The notes under the pieces are model-generated. The model worked only from the letters and a program-made list of their open reading frames with translations. It was not told the origin of the DNA and searched no databases. A stretch of DNA of 64,000 nucleotides from Klebsormidium nitens (lineage: Eukaryota > Plantae > Klebsormidiophyceae). The stretch is taken from NCBI GenBank assembly GCA_000708835.1, contig DF237127.1, positions 62,001 through 126,000 of the forward strand, read 5' to 3'. Both the position numbers and the translations under genes were made by a program. Shown piece after piece: positions 13,501 through 25,200 of this stretch. Position 1 is the first letter of the stretch. Every line of letters begins with the position of its first letter.

Positions 13501-14048
13501 GCGTTATGTGAAGGACTGAAAGAAGGCTGCAATGAGAGACTTCCTTTTGCTTCTTCTGTAAAAGGTGCAAGTACAGCAACCAGAACAGCCTGGCTGAACT
13601 GGTGCTGTCACTCTCTCGACTGATGCAGGTCCAAAATCAGAGCAGCGGATGGCACCGGAAGTCATTGATGAGCGCATTGACAAGGGACTGGGGTCCTTGG
13701 ATTATGGTCAGCATTGACGAATTGTCTCTCTGACAGGTCGGTACGTTCAGCGACCAGCCGGCGCTCGGCATGGTGACGCCATACTTCACGGCATTTTTGG
13801 AGCTGCTCTACAACGTGGTGTGGAACGACATCGCCAACGTTCTGTTGCGACCCGACGGGCACACGAGGCCCCGGGAGAGTGCATTTCAGGTGCTGGCCAG
13901 AATGGGCTCCATTTTCTTCCCCAGGATCGGGGCACACAATCCGATTAACTACCTGAACGCCGTTCGCTACGGCTTCCCGCAGGGGATAGCAAAAGAGCCA
14001 CCAATTAAGGAAGCCACCGGAGCACCTTCGGTTGCGGTGGTGGAGTAG
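7539..14048 (+). CDS. Class-3 (Lipase_3) triacylglycerol lipase, OBL1-like
   Basis: Exons approx. 7539-7808, 8173-8276, 8809-9028, 9628-9892, 10365-10498, 11017-11154, 12147-12620, 13004-13196 and 13739-14048 join in frame. Motifs: MAAKLIYE, VVVFRGTEPF..DWATD, VHTGFLEGLG, IAGHSLGGALA (catalytic Ser), FGQPRVGD, YSNDLVPRVP (Asp), GAHNPINY (His). Confidence 0.93.
9643..9840 (+). repeat. Coding 15-bp minisatellite encoding DTKA(E/K) pentapeptides
   Basis: Twelve full units of gacac(c/a)aaggca(g/a)ag plus two partial units, in frame within lipase exon 4. Confidence 0.95.
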
Positions 14049-15680
14049 AGCGTGCATTTGCGGAAGGAGGGACGTTGGGGAAAGGCGCCTGTTGAGAATG
14101 GGTGTAGAGAAGATGTCGAGTCATGTATCATGCGGCAAGAAGGAGCGTCTGTTAAGTGTGGGAAAGTGGGAGCCTTCTCTGGTGGGAGAGGCTACGGTGG
14201 GAGAAGGCGTTTATGCCAGGTAAATATGTGGGCGGGGTGGGGGTAAGCCTGAAGGTATCCAGTACAGGCCGTGCCAGATAAACATCCGCCAAATAGATAT
14301 TACAAGTGTGAATCGTTATGTTAAGCATAGGACCATGCAGGATATTTGATGCCAAGCTCAGCAAGCTGCGCAGTCGGTGTCGGCAGTGAGCATATCCGCC
14401 TGTTCTGTAAACATATTTATCGAGTCACTCTGTAGACGAAAGTATCTAAGGAAACAGCAATCTGGCAAAAGGAGTGTAGAAGATTCATACCGAGTGGAGT
14501 TGGGAGCCGCACATCACTGCATCGGCTGCGCCTGTGTTTAGGAGACTCTGTGGCTACTGTAGCCAGCTCCATCAAAATAGGCAACCCGAACAGCAAACTT
14601 AGCCAGACCGTACGCACAACACTTCACCTCTAATATAAAAGACCATATACGAACAGATCGATATACGTACATGCTTGGATAGACGAGCTCGGCTTCTGAA
14701 GCCAAACTAAAAGTCAAACGGGCATGCACGCATGCTAACTTACAGCACATCGTACATGACGGAAATATCGATCCCGGCTGCCGGTCGGACAGACTCTTGT
14801 TGGGAGGCATTAATCAGCATATATATATAGTTAGTACTTTGCACTCATGCATTAATACCCAAGATCGACCGTTTGCAACGTGTACGTACGTCCTCCCAGC
14901 AATCATTCTTCAGTGCGCATGCAGTAATGCTTTGCCCTGCGTGTCGCCGGATCCGCGGGGGGGCCTGGCAATTGCAAATGGCGGCCGGCCAGTGTTCCAT
15001 CATACTTAGATATATACGTACAGGTCCTTTATTAGTACGTACATGGTTCATATAAGATTGGTACGTGCGCCGCCACCTGATCCTGAAGCTATAGTACGTT
15101 TGATTATGATTTGTTTTGAGCTATATAGGTACTCAACTAGCTCCATCGAACCATCGTCACCGCGAGCAGATGCCCATATAAGATCAGTGGACTCAGATCG
15201 CGGTTGGACCATTCCTTCAATACCGGTTTTGCACGTCACTCGCGATCGAGTACTATGTACGTCGAGTTGCAACTGGTCGTACACATATTGAGATGAATTG
15301 ATTAAACATTAGTACAGGAGCATGCAGAAAATCCCGAACAAATGGAGTGACGTGCCAGGTGGCATGCTACTGATGCTCACCTCATGCTCACCGTAAGGCA
15401 ACAACGTAAAGGCTTCCTACAGATGTAAATGTACAATGACTTGGCCCTTGTTTCAGGAACACTTGTTCTACCTACAGTACACCTCCTACGCGCTTGGGCT
15501 AGAGCACAATCAAACACTTTGCAGATATGTAAGTTTGGATCAGCTAGCTAGCTGGTCTGATCAGATTATACATTTTGCCACGAAAAAGCGCTATTTACAA
15601 GAGCAAGCAAGCATACCAACCCCTGAGGTGTTACCTTGAAGAAAGAACATTCGTTTGTCTACAAGCAATTATCATCGACT

Positions 15681-18600
15681 TTAAGTACCGTCTTTCCTCA
15701 AGGGAGCCCTATGTAATTGTGACCCTTTCAGAACGGGCTTCTCCAGCTTGCACCGCAGAAGGCTCGCACCCACAATCCATAACTCGTAAGCAGCGTGGGT
15801 TGTAATAGGAGCAGCAATGTTCCCCACCTGCACAACAGGTTTTCCTCACCGTCTTTCTTCCACAAAGCCGACAGCGAGCATATGCTCGCAAGCACTTGGA
15901 AGCTCTTGTGTACGTTGTTCACCTACTCGCTCGATTTGAACTACGCAACTCGCGTCCAATTCAAGCCCTAGGGCTTCCCAGCAACAGGGTCTTGGACCGT
16001 TTTCCGGTACTAGCAGCCAAGCGACACCTGTTCGATATCGCACGAGCTGAGCAGCTTTCCGAAGCCTCTTCACAAAAGCGACGTACTCACCCGAAGCAAC
16101 TCGAAGCCAAGGAAGATCGCCAGCATGATCTCCACCATCGGCGAGTAAATCCGCCGCAACTTTCTTCCCTGGAGCCACTCTGCAAAAGATGCAAAAGAAA
16201 CAACCGTTACCGCGCTGATACACGATGAGGAGAAAGACAGGAGCATCAATTGGCAGCGCAAACGAAGTAGGATATCAACCGTTCGACTCCGGAGTCATGC
16301 ATCAGCCGAGATCCAAGCGAGCACGGTGTGCTGCGTCAAGTGTGAACCATTTCTGAAAGACAAGCATGAACAAGAAAGTCATTTTACCATCTGCCAAATC
16401 AGTCGGGATTTGTCTCTGACATTCACATCCTGGAAAAGCGTCGCTGGCACTTCTGCGACCAGCCGCAAAGGTATGCACAAACTATCGGGGGTAGCTGCTG
16501 ACGCGCAATACACATTCATTTATTCATTCTGTCGTTGAATGACCAGGGAGAGGAGTGAGCGCAAGCCTTAACTTGGTGGGAGGGTGTCAACGCCAGCGAA
16601 AGAGTTACAAAGGAAGACAGCGCGAAAGAGGAAAGGATGACACCCAAGCTAAAAGGCGGAAGCAAAATCGGGACGAGCGCAGAGAAAAACAGAGTGACAA
16701 CTAGCAGCTAAGACGTACGTGTTGGCGGATGGGTAGACTGGCGGTGTTAAGCAGACCAAAAAAAATGGATAAGCTGACGGACGGTGGGAGACAAACGGAC
16801 GGAATTAACAGACGAACGGCCGTACTGCCAGCAACTTGACAGGACTGCCGGGCGAACATAATGGACGGACAAACCGACGCATTCAGACCAAGGAATGGAC
16901 GCAGTTTTAGACGAACAGAAAGGAAGAGTCGAACAGGTGAACGTTAAGGGACGTAGAAGCGGACGGACGAGACGGATGCGTATACAAATGGACGGTCGAA
17001 TAGACATAGCTTACCAATCAACACATATGTGCATGGAAGCACCGAATGAAAAGCGTCAATGAAGCAAACAAGCAATAACGCGAACGAACGGACAAAGACG
17101 GATGCAGACACAAACAGACTGACCGGCAAAACGCTCTTGCCGAAACGGTGCCTTACCTTCGACCATGAGCTTGACGTCCTCTCTTCCACCAAAGACGTCA
17201 GCATCTGCCGCTGCGATGATGACCTCAGGTTCTGCAAAGAGAGCCGCACATGACGTCAGCAGAAGGACGCGAACTTCGAAGACCAGAAGGACTTTGGCGA
17301 CGGGTTATAGCATACGCGTGTCAACGTTGAATAGACTACCAGTAACCAGTTCCAATCAAGTCAGTTGCTTGTATATCAATTTTTAGAGCGCTTCGCAAAG
17401 GGACGTTACATGACGAATCTATCGACAGGTACCTGGCCCCGCAAGTGTATCCTTCCTAGCTGCAGCAGGGACCGGAAGGAATCCGCTCTGATAAAATATC
17501 CCTTGCCATTGTGACACGGATCTGACGAATATCCGGTTTCAAGTGTCCGAGCAAAGTGATGAAAAATCGACCGTTCCCTTTGGCAGACCAATCGCTGCTC
17601 CACCAGCAACTCGCAGCAATCGACAATCACAACCAGCTGTGCTTCTTGGCTTCCAGTCGCACACGATACGGAGTCCCATATCAATGATGCGTCGATACGA
17701 TTGATCAATCTTACAGGGCCAATCGAGCGGCCAAAGTGAAACACTTTACAGTCCCGAAACAAAAACCTGTGAAAAACAAAAGCAGACTGACGACGTACCC
17801 CTAGGAGTAGACAGATTGAGGTGGACCAGGCCCGCCACGCACGCCGTCGCTACGACTGCCAGCGCTTCGGAAAAGGGGCCGAAGGGGGGTACGATGCCCG
17901 TCTGCCAGAAACGAAAAGTCGACAAAATTTCAGCAAGAGCGATGCAGGGACTGGAATTCTACTTTGCTTCGGGAGCGGCGGTTCAAAGACGACTGTGGAA
18001 GACCGGGTGAAACTTTTCTGACGAAATCACGACTTCTCTTAATGGGAGCGAGCTGTAGAGCATAGATTGCCAGTCGCCCACCGTGCAAGCAGCGAAACAA
18101 CCGAGATGTGGGGTCGCTTTCTCCCTTTTGTGAACAACTTTCGCTAGGAAAACACCGGTTCCACAGGGCATCCGCACTTGGTAATCACAGGCGCTCACAC
18201 CGAAGTGCCTGACTCTGAGCCGAATCCTTCTCCTGCTGAAAAGGTGTTCGAAAGTTTGTTTGAAAGGTCCGTGAACAAGTGAAAAGAATGGACGTATAGC
18301 TTGGCGTCTTACCACGGACGAGATCCCCGTGCTCGTCGCCATGAAGCCCTTGCTGCCAAGCGCCAGCCAGTGTGCAATGACCCCCTGCACAAAGAAAGAA
18401 GCAGGTTAACTGCAAGGTTGCTTAGCCGACCAATTTGGAAGGGCTCGCCCCCGGTCCTTGATTGATGAACTTAACCCGTCCAGTCACATACTTTCAGAAG
18501 GACGTATCTGGGTGTAGTAAAATGTTTATCCGGCCATACTTCGACCGCGGACAAGAGTCCGAAATCTGAGCAACTTTTCATTGACGCCAAACCACGGGCG

Positions 18601-21600
18601 GATGTGCGTGCAAGTCCAAGATGAAGAGAGGAGACAAGCAGGCAAGAGTATTTTTTGAACGGTGGCTTCTTAAGCTTCGAAAGATTGCTTTTGCAACATC
18701 GGATGGAGGGGTAGCTCTTCTGATGCTTGCATACATCTTAATTCTTTAGCTTCGTCCAGTGGTTTGTTATGGGGCTAACCTGAACGCCTGCCCTGTAGAA
18801 GAGTTCCTCCGCCACTGCTTTCATGGACGTCACCAACACCAGCTGCGAGAAGACAAGGCAGAAAATGAGTTTTTTTGGCTTCGAAGTCTAATCCTGTTTC
18901 TTGCTTCAAATCGAATCCTGTTACCATCGTTTTCGTTGCTTCTCCAACTGCCGTCAAGAGGATTACCCAGAACGTCTGTTTCAAGTAGAAATTGCAACAG
19001 TAGCTATACCTGTCAAGGGGTCGAGTAAAAACATTCACAATGCTAAAGAATCGAAGCTAATGCTTGCTCGCCAGAAGAACAGCACCAATCAAGAATGATT
19101 GAAAAACCGCCTTTCCGTGACGTAATTATCTCAAACAGTGCGCGTGACCGGCGCACCTGCGTTGTCGTCATCCCCGTGTAAAAATCTGCATTCTCGTCCT
19201 CCTCAGCCTCCCTCACTGCTTGCGCGGGCTGCCACCTGTCCACCACGTAATCATGATGCATGCACTCTGACGCCAGGATCAGCGGCAGAGCGAACGCGAG
19301 GCCCACGACAAAGACCCCGGGGGTCAGCTGGAACGTTTCCCACACGTCGATCTTGGCCGTGCTGCAGAGCACCTGGCTGGCCAGGTATACACCTCCGTAC
19401 AGCACTGCAAATGAGTCGTTGGGAGCAGATGAGATGGTTTCAGGTTGGGAAGGTCTCCCTGGGTTGCGTCTTTCTAAGAATGTGAGTGAAGAGTTTTGCT
19501 TGGTGGGGCTACGGTAAATTCCACGAGTGATGTGATGCAGCTCAGAGTCATAAACAAAAAGCTGCCATAGCAAAGGGCAGAGCGGCAACTAGGAGCTGGT
19601 ACGCGTCCAAACCTGCCCGTATTTTCTGACTCTCGACAATAGCACCACGCTTCCATACCTAGCCCCGCACTGCCGATGTTTAATTAATTTCAAGTCAGAA
19701 ACTAAACCAACCAAATGAGTCTTGACTACAAAATTCCAAATTGCGATTACAAAAAGACAACCTTCGAAAGTGAAGAGTTCCTTGGTGCTTAAAGTGCTGA
19801 AGAGGCACTGCGAAGCATCTCAGAATCAAGTAAGGGCTTAGTCCCGCCTTCCAAGGAGAACAAGCACCATCACCGTCCCCTCTGAAGCAACATCGCTGGG
19901 CCTTAACGTGGAGGTGTCACCAGAGCTTCAGAGAACAATGACTCACCTGTTGTGAATCCTAACCTACTTGCGCTGGGAAACTCCTGCCACTTGACCTCCG
20001 GAATGTCTCTGACATCTTGGATGATCGGCTTGGCAGACCACTGGCCCTGCAAATTGCAACCAAATCGTGCTCGAGCTCAGGTGTCGAGTTGGACGTTAAG
20101 CGAACACGTTCATGCAGGTCACTGATACGACTTGAGAGGTTGCTGCACACTTATCCAGGTTCGTGGAATCGAACTTCCAGGACCGGGGCTGCATTTTAGA
20201 AAAATATCCAGTGGATGAAAGCAAGCTCCAAAATGTTACCAAAGATAGGCAGGGTTGAAGTTTGGATCGCCCAGGCTAAAGCTGGAGTGCCCGTCGCAGT
20301 TCTTGGTTGTGCCTCTGGTAACTTTAATACAAAGAAGTCTAGGTACAAGGTGGGGCCGTCCTCAAGCTCGTAACGGGCATAATGTGAATGATGTACATAT
20401 ATATGTTGGATTGTGCCATGATTGAGGTGACGATTTGGACAAGCCTTTGGGGGTTCAACGCCCTGTCTTCATACCAATATAAGCTCCTTTAGAATACTGA
20501 TTAACAAGCACTAAACAGAAGCAGTCCCGAGTCTCTCCAAGGGACCATGGAAAACCCCACTGCACAGGCGGGTAAGCACCCCTCGCGTCTTTTACTGTAA
20601 ATCTCATGAACCATTGTTCATCTGTTGCAGATTTGCTTGCTGTGCCGGCCATGATCGCGCGGTGCAGGCAACCGTGAAAAGATCCTCAAGCACTGGCCCC
20701 TGTCCAAGAAGAAGCAGATACATGGTAATAAAGTTGACAAATGAATCGTGCTAAGTAATGCAGTGAGTCACCTTAGCCAGGACTCCGCTCTTGCGTCCAG
20801 GTTTCAGCTCCTTCCCCGGCTCCCCATTCTCTGCCCCCGCCTGACACGTAACAGACTTCTTGCAAGGAAGCTTGAGGCCGAGATTGGTTGCCGGAGTCTG
20901 AGGGTACAAACCTTTTCTCGTGCCCCTGTCCAAAGTGCCCCTTCCAGACCTCTTGAGAAGCCATGTCCCTTGACACGACAGAGTTTCAGAAAAGATGCTT
21001 GAATGCTTCTGACAGAAAGGGGAGAAGCTGCTGCTACCACTCTGGATAGTTCGATGAGCCTGGCTCTCCATCGCTCAAGCTTCCCTTAGAGGATGGCGGA
21101 ACCCTAATTTGGAGAATACACTCTGCTTGACTATTCTACAGCAGCATTGCCATTGAATTTATGAAAGCACAACATGCTAGTCAACCAAGGACCAAGCTCA
21201 GCCAACAGCAAGTGAAGGTTCAATGCTCTACCAAACCCCGAACGCAATGAGAAGTGTATGGAAAAAGAAGACTTCCGTGTCCGTACTTCACGCCATATGG
21301 TCGTCCGAAGACACTCAAATCTGTTCAGCACCTTTACGCAAAAAGGCATCTCAAAGCTCACAGTTGCTTACCCCTGATCTCACTCTTGCCCCATAGAGTG
21401 CTGGGCGTCCAGCTCCGCCTGCTTACTCTTCAGCCCTCCTCGGCTGCGCTGCGTTTCTTGTGTGCTGAAAAATGGCGAGCAGCTCACACTGCTCAAGCCT
21501 CAGAGTCACAGTCTCACATTGAGTGTATTTCGATAAAGCAGCGTTTTAACCGTCCGATGAGGATCAGGTTTCATCCACGGCTTAGGATCGTGGCAAAGCA

Positions 21601-21832
21601 GAAAGCTTGCTGCCGTCGAGTGAGTCGTCTGCTTATCCTGCGGCTCTGTGCCACTCGTGCCGGGCTCCCCCTCTTTCTCCTGTGTCTGTTGAGTCAGGAA
21701 AGCAGTGCCAGTAGAGCAGCCAGACTGAGAAAGCAGCTGCTTGGGTCGTCTGAAGCACACTGCAGTTCCCTGACTCTGAGCACTGTTCAGTGAAGGAGCT
21801 GGACACATTGCACCACAGATTTTGCAGCTCAT
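15681..21832 (-). CDS. CAAX/CPBP-like plastid membrane protein, BCM (balance of chlorophyll metabolism)-like
   Basis: Exons 20046-19947, 19404-19157, 18842-18780, 18384-18313, 17901-17799, 17231-17157, 16179-16091 and 15827-15681 give ...AVREAEEDENADFYTGMTTTQLVLVTSMKAVAEELFYRAGVQG...EWLQGRKLRRIYSPMVEIMLAIFLGFE..VGNIAAPITTHAAY. This matches recalled BCM1/2 motifs (EELFYR, KKIYSPLLEG, LAPxxTH). The 5' exons and start (transit-peptide-like region) are uncertain. Confidence 0.8.
16730..17110. repeat. Low-complexity (A/G)ACG / GACGG-rich intronic tract
   Basis: Dense degenerate gacggacg / aacgaacg units with strong strand skew, inside a BCM-like intron. Confidence 0.55.
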
Positions 21833-22293
21833 TGCGGCTCACTCATCAGCTTGTGAGGCCCTCAGTGGGGCGTTGGCGTTGTGGCAAAGCGAATATATCC
21901 GGAAGGACACTGCTTCAGAAACCGTGGATCTCTTGCGCTCTTTGGAAACCGTTTCATTTTAGCAGCGGAACATCAAAGGGCGCAAGATTGTTGAGCAAAC
22001 TTGCTTGTACTGGAAGGGGCTTTTACGAACGAACACCACTGGCGCCAGCGATGCTTGTGTCTAGTGATTGCGAAGCATAGTCTGAACGGAGAAGGGACCA
22101 GACTGCGGCGTTTGTTGTTTGTATCAAAGATAAAATGTGTAGAGCACTTTTGCAGGGAGAGCAAAACTTTCCATCCATTGAAAAGCGGGCAGTAAATTGG
22201 AGCAGTAGCTGAAGCGGCTAAGGATGAGTTGGCCTTTACTCTGAAAGGAAAAGCCGAAGTGGTGTGCCTGCGCAAGTAGGAAGCTGGTAGAGA

Positions 22294-25200
22294 ATGGCCC
22301 AGAGGACAGGGATCTACTTGGAAGACTTTCATGAATGTGAGCATCTTCAAGCTGGAATGTCACTTCCGATCGTGCGGGGGGATCCCTTGAGATTCATTTG
22401 GTTGGGGCCCATGTTCATTCCAATAGCCAGTCGGAAGCGCTTGGATACTCTGCCTATTGTGCCACTGGCCTGATGTGCAAGCTTTCCTGCGGCGCTCGCT
22501 TCGTACGTCATGTGCATGGCATGTGGACGATCACGCTTATGTAGACTATCCACCTTTTGTTACTCGGCCCAGATGACAAGCAGGTGCTTTGTCAACGCTA
22601 AAGCTGACATGGGGATTTGATTTGAGCTGTGAAACGGAACAGAGCCCACAGCTACATGCGGCTGGATAAATGCGGGCAGTCAGTTACGTATTCTAGTGTT
22701 TGACGATTTACAATTCTCAGTGTTTTGCTACCGAGCTGGCCCTACAGAAGGCAATACTGAGGCCATGGAAAGACGCTTCTATAATGAGTGATCATCTGCT
22801 CCGCTAAGGGAAGCCTTAATCGTAAAGGATAAGTGGTCAAGTGAAACCTTTGATGACCATTAGCGTAACCAGTGACAATGCTTGAGAACATAATCCTTTA
22901 TTTACTGTGTTTGGAAATGGAGAAGGACTATCTCATTAGCAGTTGATCTTGGTTTGTAGATATCTGAACCCAACGATGACCGCTTCTTTTCTTCCAGAAA
23001 AGTGGACCAGGACGTATGAAAGACTTTTCAAGATGCTCCTTGTAAAAGTACGGAGGTATAGCTCGGAATTTGTCTGGGGAATTGTTCAAGAACGAGACGA
23101 TGATTTGCCTCCAACCCTGAACTCAATGCAATCCCCCCTTCTCCCTTCAGATGTCAGCTCTCTACCCCCCGAACTGCAACGGCTGCTGTCGACCATGAGG
23201 GAGCTTGATGAGCGAGCTGCAAGTGAGCACTCTAAGAGCATAACAACAGTGACCTCATTCTATACCGGCGTCCCCAAACTTCACCACAGGAAGAACCGTA
23301 CGGAGGAAACTGTCTCTTGATTTTAAGACATCGAAACAGACTTATTACGACTTTAAGTGTGTGCTTGTTTAAAAGGGAGCACCATTGCGCACTTTGAGCC
23401 TCCAGCATTTGAGGTGCAAGATCCTGCTCCGAATTTTCAAACGATTCAGAAGAGTTGTTCGTTTACTATGCACTGTGTCCAAAAGGTGGAAGGCACCAGC
23501 CGTGACGTTGACGCTGCCCCATTGTAAATCCTGCTTTTTGTTCCCAATTTCCATGTTCCCATCCGGGTCAAAAAAGGACCACGAACTGCCAGTTCAGAAA
23601 GACACATTCGTAGCTCATCTCAAGTTCTTACATGGATTCCCCCATCCAACCAATCACGCGCTCCCCACACTGCAGACTGTCCCTCCTACACCCCCTGGTT
23701 TTGTATACATGACCACAATGCTCAGTCATCTGTTCTCTCGTCATACATTTGCAGCTTTTCAGTATGCAAATCGGGCGTTCTGCCGCCGCCACTGCAGTCT
23801 GCTACAGGTCCTCCTTTCCCTACTATAATCTCTGCAGACTTTTCCAACAGATGGATTCCTCGGTGACTGCCCTTCTTCCTCTATCCAATGTTCTGTATTA
23901 TTTCATATTGGGACATTCAACATTGAGGAGAAAGCAGACAGGGAAAAGCATCGTGTCATCATGCTCTTATTTATGTTTATTGTGCCTAATTTGCAGCTCT
24001 TCAAAACGTGGTCCGCGCACAGTGCGCGGCCGTGCTGGCGCAGCCCCGCTGCAAATTCAACGCAAAAATTCCAGAGCTTTTTCGGAACGCCTTCTATTAT
24101 GTTGTTCGCATTCACAGATTCTATGCTTCAATCTTGCAGCTCTTCAGGCACTGCCCCGCTCAAATTTCAACGTGACGACCCTCACGCCGTGGAGCACAAA
24201 TTCCGAATATACAAGCATTTGGAGAATTGGGCAAAATTCAAATGCTTCTTTCGTTTTATCACGGGACAAAATAGTTCGACGATTCAAATCTGAAAATTTG
24301 TCTGCAGCTCTTCAGGACGCAGTCCGTGCACAGTGCTCGGCTGTACTGGCACGGCACTTCCAGCGCGACGTCGCCAAAGCTTTTCTTGCATGACTTCTAA
24401 TATGTTATTCGTCTTCACAAATTCTGTGCTTCACTTTTGCAGCTCTTCAAGACGCGGTTCGTGCACAGTGCTCGGCCGTGCTGGCACTGCCCCCGCTGCA
24501 GTTCCAGAGCGACGACCTCAAAGCTGTTTTTGCATGACTTCTCTTCTGATATTCGTATTCACAAATTCTGTGCTTCACTTTTACAGCTCTTCAAGACGCG
24601 GTTCGTGCACAGTGGTCGGCTGTGCTGGCGCTACTGCCGCTGCAGTTCCAGCGCGACGATCCCGAAGTTTTCCCGGATTGATCCTACTTCTGTATCTTGT
24701 TCTTGATATCATATTTTCGCTGACATCTGCAGCTCTTCAAGACGCAGTCCGTGCACAGTGCTCGGCCGTGCTAGCGCTGCCCCCGTTGCAATTCCAGCGC
24801 GACGACCCCGAAGCCGTGGAGCTGGTCGAGACGATGCGGCGGAAGATCGAGGCGGAGCAAGAGCACTGCCTCGGGCTCGCCACCGAGAAGGTCCTTCTTG
24901 CGCAGCAAGCTACGGAGCTGGTAAGGACTCAATCCCGAGGCTCTATACTTTACCACTCGGTGAGGATGTAAGTTGCGGAGCTTTGAATCTCACATTCCCT
25001 AAGGTCGTCGAAATGGAAGGAAAAAGGGCTTTCGTAAAAGACAAAGGAAGGGACGATGTGGCGCGGACGGAAGGCAGAGCAGGAGCATTGCCTGGGGCTT
25101 ACCACCGAGAAGGTCATTCTTGCGCAACAGGCTACCGAGCTGGTAAGAACCTTCCTTTCTGATAAACGAGGGTTGAACGGGCCTGAGAGAAACCAAAGAC

